DNA of 64,000 nt. Origin: Fistulifera solaris. Its lineage: Eukaryota. Both the position numbers and the translations under genes were made by a program. This document shows, piece by piece, positions 35,672 through 45,469 of the stretch (position 1 is its first letter; every line of letters starts with the position of its first letter). The stretch lies in NCBI GenBank assembly GCA_030295235.1, contig AP026136.1:372001-436000 (forward strand), read 5' to 3'. The notes beneath the pieces are model-generated. The model was not told the DNA's origin. It was given only the letters and a program-made list of their open reading frames with translations, and did no database searches.

Positions 35672-37621
35672 ATGTCAACACCTAAACCTTTTGAACAGTT
35701 CACCTTGACACCTTGTCATCCTCTCCGATTGGCCGCATCAACTAACAGCGAGTCGTTGATCGGACTCTTACAACCCACTGATGCTTCCAGCTTTGCATGC
35801 GACGAGAGCACTGGAATCCAGCTCAACTCTCACCAGATCGCTACTCTCCATAGCTCGAAAACCCTCGACGCTCTTCGCGAACATCTGTTAGCCCGCCAGA
35901 ATGAGTGGTCATTGTCCACATGGGTCACTGTGCAACTCCCTCCTGGTGATGAAATTCCCATGCTTCAGCCCATTTTGACATTCGGGTCAGGCAGCGTGTC
36001 TCGTCTTCTTCAGTCGGACGCTGGATGTGGAGGATACTACATGATGGTGGCTCAGTTTGGGGCGCATCTTGTCTTTGCCTTTAACGATTATTCCACACAC
36101 TCGTGCCGTATGATTCGCATGGGTCAGTACGACTTGCAACACAATGTGCCCGTTTCTTTGACCGTCTCGACAAGTGGATCAATGACAAACTTGTTCATTC
36201 AAGGAAAGCTTGTTATGGAGAATGTTCCATTTGCGGCAGATTTAACTCGCCTTCCCTCAAATCAATCATTGCAGCTGTTCCCCCGAGTGGATACGGCTGA
36301 CGCCACGTCTCAACCATTTCAAGGTTCAATCATGCAAGTTTCTCTCTTTGATGAGTCTCTGACTTCCAAGCAAGTGCAAGGAATCTTTGAAGAAGGTATT
36401 GGAGACGCAGCAGTGGTGCCCCTGTATCTGGAAGTGCATCCCTCAGACGCCGTAATGATTGAACAAGATGCCCCAATCAGCGAGCCTACCTTGATCTGGG
36501 TGGGAGGAACCAACACTTCGACTGCAACATTACCGCTTTTTATTAATATTCAAAGCGTTCCGACAAAGGGAGAACTTTACAGCGGTGGAGCAAAGCTTTT
36601 GGCAGATGTGAATAGCCTTCCTATTCCCGTGAATACAAGGGGTCTTTGGGTTGAGTACCGTCGCCCATCGGAAACTTACTTTACCAAGCCATCCGTGAAT
36701 GCCTATGGAGAAAGCTTGGACTTACCTGAAGAGTCATTTCAGTACCGTGTGGTTGCCCAGTGGGAGCAGCAAGTATTGGCGGCTTCCAAACCTGTAACAC
36801 AAACAGTTGAGATCCAAAATGTGAACCACGCCCCAACCTGGACCAACATTAACGAAGCCATCATGACTATTGCCGACGGCATCCCGAGCTACAACTTCAG
36901 CTTCCCGTCGTTGATGGATGAAGCAGACCTTGATTTGAATCGAGTCCGAGTGGACATCTCCGTCCAGCAAGGCCACATTAGCCTTCAGAACGAATCGCTT
37001 CACTTGGCTGACTTCAACTTTTGCAACATGCGCAGTTTTTCTGCATGGCAGTGCACTAAAGATGGAATGAACAGGAAGCGCATTTCATTTGTGGCAGTTC
37101 CAAGTGACATTTCAACCATCATAGCTGGTCTGTCTTACGAGGGATTCGTTCCAGGGAACGAGGACACGTTAGTGATGGACGTCTACGATGGAGTTGGTGA
37201 CCAGTGCTTGGATGGGCATGAACATGATATTTGGAGAAACAAGTGGAGCCAAGAAAGTTCATATAAATTCTCAACTGTTTTCCGAGGGTGCTACCACGTT
37301 CAAACGAAAATCACAATACCGTCAACCAATCTTTCTGGTGGAAACCGATCTGGCGGCTCCAGCTGGCTGTCCTACATGAATCTTGACTTCAAAAACTTTG
37401 GATCAGCGGATATTGTTTTCTGGATTGTTTTCCTGGCGGTCTGCTATTGCCTGTTCAATTGCATGCGAGACTGCTGCCCTAACTGCCTGGCTCGTGGTGC
37501 CCGTATTGACCCTGATAACCACGGGAGTCAAGAACAAAGACGAGATTCTGACCAGGCTATTGAAGACGAAATTAAACAGGAGGATTCTTTGCATCAGAAA
37601 AGTGCAGAAGAGCTTGTCTAG
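35672..37621 (+). CDS. Single-pass membrane protein with ConA/LamG-like domain and cadherin/Ig-like beta region
   Basis: Long uninterrupted ORF. WSLSTWV, LFIQGK and FQGSIMQVSLFDESLT (LamG-like); IQNVNHAP (cadherin-like linker). C-terminal TM followed by a Cys cluster. The 5' end is uncertain. Confidence 0.65.
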   Translation: MSTPKPFEQFTLTPCHPLRLAASTNSESLIGLLQPTDASSFACDESTGIQLNSHQIATLHSSKTLDALREHLLARQNEWSLSTWVTVQLPPGDEIPMLQPILTFGSGSVSRLLQSDAGCGGYYMMVAQFGAHLVFAFNDYSTHSCRMIRMGQYDLQHNVPVSLTVSTSGSMTNLFIQGKLVMENVPFAADLTRLPSNQSLQLFPRVDTADATSQPFQGSIMQVSLFDESLTSKQVQGIFEEGIGDAAVVPLYLEVHPSDAVMIEQDAPISEPTLIWVGGTNTSTATLPLFINIQSVPTKGELYSGGAKLLADVNSLPIPVNTRGLWVEYRRPSETYFTKPSVNAYGESLDLPEESFQYRVVAQWEQQVLAASKPVTQTVEIQNVNHAPTWTNINEAIMTIADGIPSYNFSFPSLMDEADLDLNRVRVDISVQQGHISLQNESLHLADFNFCNMRSFSAWQCTKDGMNRKRISFVAVPSDISTIIAGLSYEGFVPGNEDTLVMDVYDGVGDQCLDGHEHDIWRNKWSQESSYKFSTVFRGCYHVQTKITIPSTNLSGGNRSGGSSWLSYMNLDFKNFGSADIVFWIVFLAVCYCLFNCMRDCCPNCLARGARIDPDNHGSQEQRRDSDQAIEDEIKQEDSLHQKSAEELV

Positions 37622-38028
37622 AGATGAGTGCACTTCATAGACAAAATACAAAACAAAAAAATGCGATCAAAAATAGTCCATGTTGATCAATATAATAAAA
37701 AACAGAAAAATTTAATGTTTGCTGGTGTGCATAGTATAGGTTCTATCTAGTTTTAATCTTTGAATGGACACATAGCTTGGTCTAAAATAACTAGAAGATA
37801 CCCTGGTACGGAGTATGCTTTTGAGTTGGCAAGCGGGACATGACAAACGTGACTGAAGCGCGAGCGCGTTCAACCATCAAAAACATTCCGTATTATTCCG
37901 TACACACGCGCAAGAACGAAAAAAGACGAAGAATGAAAAAAAAAACAATGCTGATGTCATTAATATATGTCATCGTATGGAAAAGCACACAATAAGGAAA
38001 CGAAGGAGTCATTAAACGTAGATTAAAA

Positions 38029-38718
38029 ATGAGTTTTCCTCCAGAAGATGCGGAAAATGAATGGGATTATATCAATGGCGAAACAAGGCCTCTCCTAAGC
38101 AACAAACGAAAAGTGGCCGTGGGAGGAGACGATGCTGATGCGGCCAATGAAAACCGTGCTGCCAAAATAAGTCTTTGGGATCATTACTGTGAATTACTTG
38201 AGACTCGTCCACTCCTTGTGAAGAGCGTTACCGCTCTCTTAATCGTCGGTAGTGGTGATCTTTGCGCGCAAGGAGTGGAGCATCTCCGGGGAACGAACAA
38301 TGGTGCGAGCGTAGATTGGCTTCGGGTCGCTCGATTTGGTGCAATTGGCTTCTTCGGAGCTCCCTGGAGTCATTACTACTTTTCATTCCTGGATCATTAC
38401 TTGCCTCCGACAGAAAAGCCGTTTACACGAAGAACTTTTGTCAAGGTTTTGATTGATCAATTCATTCAAGCTCCAATTCTCCTCTTGTTGATGATCAGCG
38501 GTCTCAGCTTACTGCAATTAAATGGAATTGGGGGAGTAAAGAAATCAGTTCGAGAGACATTCTGGACCAGCTTAGTTGCAAATTGGAAATTTTGGATCAC
38601 AGCCTCCTTCATTAACTTGGCGTTTGTGAGGCCAGAATTTCGTGTATTGTTTTTGAACTGTGGGTTCTTGATTTGGATAATAATCTTATCCATCATTTTG
38701 AATAGTGAATCCACCTAA
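38029..38718 (+). CDS. Mpv17/PMP22-family membrane protein, second paralogue, intronless
   Basis: RPLLVKSVT, GDLCAQ, DWLRVARF, KVLIDQF and NWKFW..INLAFV. Confidence 0.88.
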   Translation: MSFPPEDAENEWDYINGETRPLLSNKRKVAVGGDDADAANENRAAKISLWDHYCELLETRPLLVKSVTALLIVGSGDLCAQGVEHLRGTNNGASVDWLRVARFGAIGFFGAPWSHYYFSFLDHYLPPTEKPFTRRTFVKVLIDQFIQAPILLLLMISGLSLLQLNGIGGVKKSVRETFWTSLVANWKFWITASFINLAFVRPEFRVLFLNCGFLIWIIILSIILNSEST

Positions 38719-39299
38719 ATGGTCTTCGAGAATCAAAATTAACACCAAGTAACTAGAACAGAATTTGCCTTAATACTTCGTGATGAAGCATTCTAAATCC
38801 TTAATTGCGATAATGTTGTCTGTGCAACAGATGATGATCAGCAACAATTGCCTTTGAGTTCAACTCTCCGTTAAACTGATTGAAGAATGTCCTAGGTTAT
38901 AGACGTATTTGTCTGATTGGTTCTAATGTGCTGGAGCTGGAGGTCGGCCCTCGCGGTTAGTTTTTTCGAACAGCTCAGCGTATGACCTACAACAAGAATC
39001 AGGATATTTCCAAGAATATTTTATTCGAGTGCGACGACGATAAATACATAGTCACACCCGTTCACCCAAATAATAATAGGCCCAATTTCTCGATGTTCTT
39101 TGTAGGCCCTACTTTTCCACCTGAATAGCCCCCCGATCGAAATCTTCCAATAAATCTCGTTGACTCGAAAGTTCGAGTTCGTGGAAAAATAATAGCCGAG
39201 CCGTCTCCTGGAAGTGTTCTCATGTTTCATGTATCATTGTTTCTCTTTGTTTTGTCGACGAGCTTACAAATTTCGAACAGAAACAAATTAGCTTTCAGC

Positions 39300-40284
39300 A
39301 TGTCTTTCGAAGCTATGATGGAACGCGCGAAAAGCGCCGATGGCTTTCTCGCTGCACTCGACCAAAGCGGTGGAAGCACTCCGAAAGCCTTGAAACAATA
39401 CGGCGTCCCCGATGATGTAAGTTGAGACTCGTCTTATAATTCAAAAATACCGCTCGTCTCGTTTTACTGTGCTCATTGTAATTTCTTTGTATCTTATCTA
39501 TCAGGCGTATGTCAGTGGGGAGGAGTCGATGTACGAAATGGTGCACGCCATGCGTAGCCGTATCATCACGGCGAAGCCCTTTACGGGAGAAAAAGGTCCT
39601 CGGGGCAATTCTGTTTGAAAACACAATGGATCGCGAAATCGAAGGCATCCCTACCGGGCAATACCTCTGGGAGAAGAAAAATATCATTCCTTTCGTCAAA
39701 ATCGATAAGGGTCTAGCAGATGAGGAAAATGGCGTGCAGTTGATGAAGCCCATTCCAGGTCTGGAAGACCTACTCAAACGCGCCAAGTCGAAAGGATTCT
39801 TCGGCACTAAGATGAGATCAGTAATCAACAGCGCCAACGAAGAGGGAATCAAGGCTATTGTGGACCAACAGTTCGCTGTCGGAAAGCAAATCATTTCCTT
39901 CGGCTTGGTGCCCATCATTGAGCCCGAAGTCAACATCAAGGCCGACGATAACGAACTATGTGAAGACATCCTCAAAGCTTGTATCATGGAACAACTCGAC
40001 CAGCTCGGAGATGACGAAAAGGTGATGCTCAAGCTCACGCTCCCGACAAATGTCAATCATTACAAAGACTGTATTGACCATCCCAAAGTAGTTCGTGTTG
40101 TAGCGTTATCCGGAGGGTATAGTCGTGATGAAGCAAATGAGATCCTGGCAAAGCAAAAGGAATGATCGCTAGTTTCTCGCGTGCTTTAGCGGAGGGATTG
40201 GTGTACGGCTCGAGCGATGAAGAGTACGAAAGTGTACTGACCAAATCAATCGATGCTATTTACGAAGCCTCCAAGTCCGGGTAA
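39300..40284 (+). CDS. Class I fructose-bisphosphate aldolase, bacterial type, no presequence (cytosolic; Fba4-like)
   Basis: [56 protein letters not shown] and VALSGGYSR. Intron 39417-39504. Indels near 39590 and 40160. Confidence 0.92.
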
Positions 40285-40322
40285 AAGCACCCTTGTTACC
40301 CACATAAGTCAGCCTGATAGAC

Positions 40323-41523
40323 TTATTTAGAAATCGTTGCATTTATCTTTTCCATTCTTCAAGATACTTGGCTACCAAATGTACTTGCAGGTCATCACTG
40401 AAGGCCTCTTCATTCAGCTCTCGATACCCTGATATTTTCGCAGGTACACCGCTGACAACAGCAAGTGGAGGGACTGGCTTAGTAACAATCGACTTAGCCG
40501 TTACAATGGCACCATCACCCACGGGAATGTTTCCTAGAATGGTGCCCCCGTCTTGAATAATGACTCCGTTCCCGATTTTGGGATGCCGATCCCCCTCTCC
40601 TTTCCTGTTCCGCCTAACGTCACACCTTCTGCTAGAGATGTATCATTTCCCACCATGGCAGTTTCTCCAATCACGACCCCGGCACCGGTACGTAGATAGA
40701 TCGAGCTTCCCATGATGCATGCGGGATGAATATCGGCGGAATAGATCCGACTAACCTTCGATTGCATGTAGTAGGCTAGAGCTGTGCGTCCGGCTCGCCA
40801 CAGTCGAGAACCGAGGCGGTAGCAAACCAATGCTTGGAAGCCATTGTGGAATAAGATTGCGAGCATGGCACTTTCTACCGAGGGACTCCGTGTAGCGACA
40901 GCTTCCAAATCCAGCCGAATACAAGCCTCGTCCACGGCAGATAAATTTTCCAAGAAAAGGTTTTTGATAGCCGGAGCGGGAATCAATTCGGTTTCGATAC
41001 GATGCGATATTATTGTGCAAATAGCTTCCAGAAGCGACGTTTGCGATAATACTCCTTGATAGATTTGTGGGCCGGCTTCGGGTTCTACTTCCAAAACCGC
41101 CCTTGCTTCCATTTTGACTTGCTCCCAAAATGGATCGTATTTGTCATTCATCTCCGACTGCTTACGAGAATAATCTAAAAACTCCTCCCATTCATGATCG
41201 GAAGAGAAGATGACTTGCGATCGATAAGGATTCAAAGTCCTACTATTGCGGATGGAAGAATTCACGTACGAAGGCGACTTAGACACGCTTTCGTGATCAT
41301 CATATGTTGTAATTTCGATGTCCTCTTTATAGATAGGAAGCGATGAATTGAATGACCTAGGAGACGACCCAGAGATAAGGGATGAAAAGAGCTCCATTCG
41401 TCTCAGTTTAACGTTCCGATGACATTGAGAAGCAGAAATCGGTTGCCGGAGTAACAACGAATAGGAACGGGCTATTGTTAGCAACACGATTGTAAGAATC
41501 GCTTTTTGCAAATGCGTTTTCAT
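40323..41523 (-). CDS. Serine O-acetyltransferase-like protein (CysE fold) with presequence; catalytic His replaced
   Basis: GFQALVCYR, ADIHPA, GVVIGETA and GVTLGGTGKE. After an indel near 40592: DRHPKIGNGV..LGNI.VGDGA..VSGVPAK, stop at 40323. Confidence 0.85.
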
Positions 41524-41963
41524 GAGCTCTCTTAGGAATAATTAGAATTCTTTTCTCCTTTAATTAAATATTTATGGTTACGATTGTTCAAATTTAGGAA
41601 AGCCACATAACTTTTTTTACGATCCGGTTGGGGACACACCTTTTCCTTCCGTTGACCGAGAGGATGCCTGAGAATCATTGAGTTACCGACTGTCACAGTA
41701 CACGAAACGCTCACACTGGCCATGGACTCTACTATACGTAGTAAAAGAGTCGTCCTCTCGGTCAACGGAAGAAAAAGGTGTGTCCCTAACCAGATCCATG
41801 TTCGCGTCTCGCAGCCGCAGTTCGCTGCAAATATTCTTATCCGACGAAGAGTACAGTCTCTAGGGTTAGGCTATCTATTGCTTTAAAGCCTTCATTTTTA
41901 TCACTTTCGGCTACAACTAAGACACGGTGATCTAAAAACTATTTGATCAATACTCATTCCTAT

Positions 41964-43178
41964 TTACTGAGCGGCAGCATAAGCGTCAATGACTTCCTGA
42001 ACGTCGTTTTTAGATCCCATAATGACGGGGACGCGTTGGTGAACCACTTCGGGGGAGATTTCCATGACACGTTCCTTACCCGTAGTCGAAAGCCCTCCTG
42101 CTTGCTCGACAATGAACGACATGGGGGCACCTTCATACAACAAACGCAGCTTTCCGTTGGGGTTCTTCTTGTCGCCAGGATATCCAAAGACACCACCGTA
42201 AAGAAGAGTTCGGTGAACATCACCGACCATGGATCCAATATAACGGCTGGAGAATTTCTTTCCGGATTTGCCTTTTCCAGCCTTCCATTTGGCAACCGTC
42301 TCTTGAAGAGGCGTATCCCAGTTGGGTGTGTTGGCCTCATTGAAAGAAATGATCGATGATTCCTCGGGGATCTTAATATCGGGATGACTCAACACAAATT
42401 CACCAAGATTCTCATCCAACGTGAATCCATAAGTTCCCGATCCCAGCGTCAGGACCAAGAAAGTCGACGAGGAGTACAGACAGTAAGCTGCCGCCACCAA
42501 GTTGGTGCCGGGCTGGAGAGTGTTCGCCAAGCACTGAGCTTCCTGCTCTGAGCAGTCTTCATCGACGCAGTTGGGGTCGATGGCACAGTTTTCGTCGTGT
42601 TCGTAGATTCCAATAATCGTTCCTGTAGGGATACCGGCATCCACATTGGAAGATCCGTCCAAAGGATCAAAGACCGCCACATAGCGTTCCCCTTCATCAA
42701 TCAGCACACCTTTGTTGGCACCACTCAGATCGACAGGAACGTCCTCTTCCTCCGAAGCCAAAACACCGAGACGGCCCGTGAAACGAAGAGCCCGCTTCAA
42801 AAGATCGTTTGTAATGACATCCAGCTTCTTCTGATCTTCTCCTTGCACATTAACTTCTCCCTGATAACCCAGAGTCTCACTGGAAGGAAGTTGCGATCGC
42901 TTGACGAGATTCGAAATGGCTTTGCACGCTGTCTCGATCGCCCCGAACAAGACCGTCAATTCCGTGATATCTGGGTTTAACATGGCAACTTCCGACATGA
43001 ATCGCTTCAACGTGACTCCGGTCGTCTCACATACTTCATCAAAGACGGGCGCTTTGGTCTTTTGCGGAGCCGACGCGACGTGCAAAGCGGTTGATGAACG
43101 GAACGGGCGGCTGACCGAAAAAGCCGACACCGTCGAAGTTGAGCTCACCAGAAGAACTGTTAAGAGATTCAATTTCAT
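41964..43178 (-). CDS. Plastid fructose-1,6-bisphosphatase, copy 1, intronless
   Basis: VSAF presequence. NVQGEDQKKLDV, SEEED, FDPLDGSSN, RYIGSMVGDVHRTL and GKLRLLYE. Cys-rich regulatory insert. Confidence 0.95.
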   Translation of the reverse strand: MKLNLLTVLLVSSTSTVSAFSVSRPFRSSTALHVASAPQKTKAPVFDEVCETTGVTLKRFMSEVAMLNPDITELTVLFGAIETACKAISNLVKRSQLPSSETLGYQGEVNVQGEDQKKLDVITNDLLKRALRFTGRLGVLASEEEDVPVDLSGANKGVLIDEGERYVAVFDPLDGSSNVDAGIPTGTIIGIYEHDENCAIDPNCVDEDCSEQEAQCLANTLQPGTNLVAAAYCLYSSSTFLVLTLGSGTYGFTLDENLGEFVLSHPDIKIPEESSIISFNEANTPNWDTPLQETVAKWKAGKGKSGKKFSSRYIGSMVGDVHRTLLYGGVFGYPGDKKNPNGKLRLLYEGAPMSFIVEQAGGLSTTGKERVMEISPEVVHQRVPVIMGSKNDVQEVIDAYAAAQ

Positions 43179-44095
43179 ATTGATGAATACAGCAACAAAG
43201 GTTGGGTTATTGTTGATTGTCAATCAAAGCAGGGTGAAGATCTGCTTTTCTCGAATGCCTTCGTCGAAAATGGCGGACGTATTTGCCAAACATCGTGACG
43301 GACGTAAGTCAAAAGATGCTCCATGGCATCTGTTTTTTTATCGTTCAATGTGTACAAAAATGAAAAGACGGATGACTGACCGACGTTGTAAAATCCTTCA
43401 CTTTCTATGTGACAGTCAATGGCATCCGGTAATGGTTGGGGCAGAAGGACGAGAAAAAGGCTAGCGCCAAGTATATGTGGCGAGTGAATGTCGTCGACAG
43501 CTTTTCTCGGGTCGTTTGACGACGAACCTATTGAATCAATAAATAATTGCTTTTGTTGTGAAGTTCAAGTAGTTAACAAATTTCTAAAGAAGCCCGATCT
43601 CGTTTCCTTTCTGTTATCTCTATCCATTTCAGCATGAAAATCAGTTTGGTGGTATCGCTTCTCGTATGCACGGCTTCTCATGCCTTTGTTTCTCAATCGC
43701 CCCGACCGTTCGTCCGGGCGTCCTCGCAGGTATTTGCGACCGTCGAAGCCCCGGTGGCTCGAAAGACCAAGGCTCCCGTCTTTGATGAAGTATGCGAGAC
43801 TACGGGTGTTACCTTATCGCGCTTCATGAATGAAGTGGCCATGCTAAACCCGGAATTGAAAGAACTCGCCATTTTGTTCGGAGCCATTGATACGGCTTGC
43901 AAGGCCATTACCAACCTCGTCAAGCGATCGCAACTTCCTTCCAGTGAGACTCTGGGTTATCAGGGAGAAGTTAATGTGCAAGGAGAAGATCAGAAGAAGC
44001 TGGATGTCATTACAAACGATCTTTTGAAGCGGGCTCTTCGTTTCACGGGCCGTCTCGGTGTTTTGGCTTCGGAGGAAGAGGACGTTCCTGTCGAT
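42729..44095. repeat. Perfect 180-bp inverted repeat (42729-42908 and 43916-44095) with a 1007-bp spacer
   Basis: Base-by-base comparison of the reverse complement of 42729-42908 with 43916-44095 shows identity. The flanks differ at synonymous sites. Confidence 0.9.
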
Positions 44096-44947
44096 TTGAT
44101 CGGAAATGATAAGAGCGATAGTCGAGATATTTTGATCGAAGAAGGTGAAAAATATGTGGCTGTATTTGATCCCCTGGATGGATCTTCCAATGTGGATGCC
44201 GGTATCCCCACCGGAACAATTATCGGAATTTACGAGCACGACGAAAACTGCGTCGTCGATCCGGATGTGAGTCACTGGAAAACTACCAAACTCTAGTATC
44301 TTTTGCTACTGCTTGTCTAACCTTTAGCTGCTTACTTTTGACAGTGCATTGGAGATGATTGCTCGGAACAGGAAGCTCAGTGCCTGGCGAACACTCTCCA
44401 GCCCGGAACGAATTTGGTCGCTGCTGCGTATTGTCTGTACTCCTCGTCGACTATCCTTGCCTTGACTTTAGGAAACGGTGTTTACATGTTTACACTGGAT
44501 GAAACCATCGGAGAATTCGTTCTTTCCAAGCCCAATGTCAAGATCCCCGATGATGCTACTATCTACTCTTTTAACGAAGCCAACTTGGAAATGTGGGACG
44601 CTCCTATGCGAAAATGCGTAGAGTCGTGGCGCATGGGAACGGGTAAATCCGGTAAGACTTTCTCCAGCCGTTATATTGGATCCATGGTGGGCGATGTGCA
44701 CCGCACTTTGTTGTACGGAGGCGTCTTTGGATACCCGGGTGACACCAAAAACCCCAACGGAAAGCTGCGCTTGTTGTATGAAGGGGCTCCTATGTCCTTC
44801 ATCATGGAACAGGCGGGAGGCATTTCTACGACTGGAAAAAAGCGTGTGATGGAGATTACCCCCGAAGTTGTTCACCAACGTGTCCCTGTCATCATGGGCT
44901 CAAAGAACGTGGTTCAGGAAGTGATTGACGCGTACGCGGCCGAGTAA
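43634..44947 (+). CDS. Plastid fructose-1,6-bisphosphatase, copy 2; one intron
   Basis: SHAF presequence and the same catalytic motifs as copy 1. Intron 44267-44344 lies inside the Cys loop (VVDPD/CIGDDC). Confidence 0.95.
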
Positions 44948-45217
44948 GATACTTACTTTTTAGTAATAATTCATTTGACAACAGCCAGGTTATGTTAGCC
45001 AGGAAATCGAATACTGAGATTTGTTAGCTTAGCTTATTAAAAGCAATTCTAAAGATGAAGATAGAAAGATTTCAAACCGTCCTAGTTTTGCCGTCACGAA
45101 AAATCTGCGACCCAGAAAGGCTTACGTAATTGATCTGCTGTTGTGTGTCGTTTAGTACTGTCGACGTTGAGATCCAAAATCCAAAAAGACCCGATGGTGC
45201 GTCGCACGCAAGTGCTG

Positions 45218-45270
45218 TTACCGTACGGTAAGGTGGTACTGTACAGTACAGTACAGTACAGTACAGTACA
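45218..45270. repeat. 14-bp palindrome TTACCGTACGGTAA followed by (GTACA)6, upstream of SBPase
   Basis: Seen directly at 45218-45231 and 45241-45270. Confidence 0.85.
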
Positions 45271-45469
45271 TGTATCTTTCCTACATGTGCCGTCTGTTCT
45301 TGGCCAGTGTGACGGCAAAAAGCTCTGACGTCTTGAGAATGCGCGGAGGAGCCTACGTGTTCGTCAGTTTGGTGAAAAATGTCGTCCGTCGGACAAACAA
45401 CAAAAAGCAAGAAATTTTTTGATTTGCAGACGCCATTCCTTTTCGACGCACTTTCACACACCCAGCAAG

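Noticed and set aside
41943..44878. Long antisense ORFs over the FBPases (likewise over EngA, RPT5, serC and Kelch-BTB), including two near-identical antisense peptides
   Set aside because: These are shadows of codon-biased real genes. The shared peptide merely reflects the 180-bp inverted repeat.
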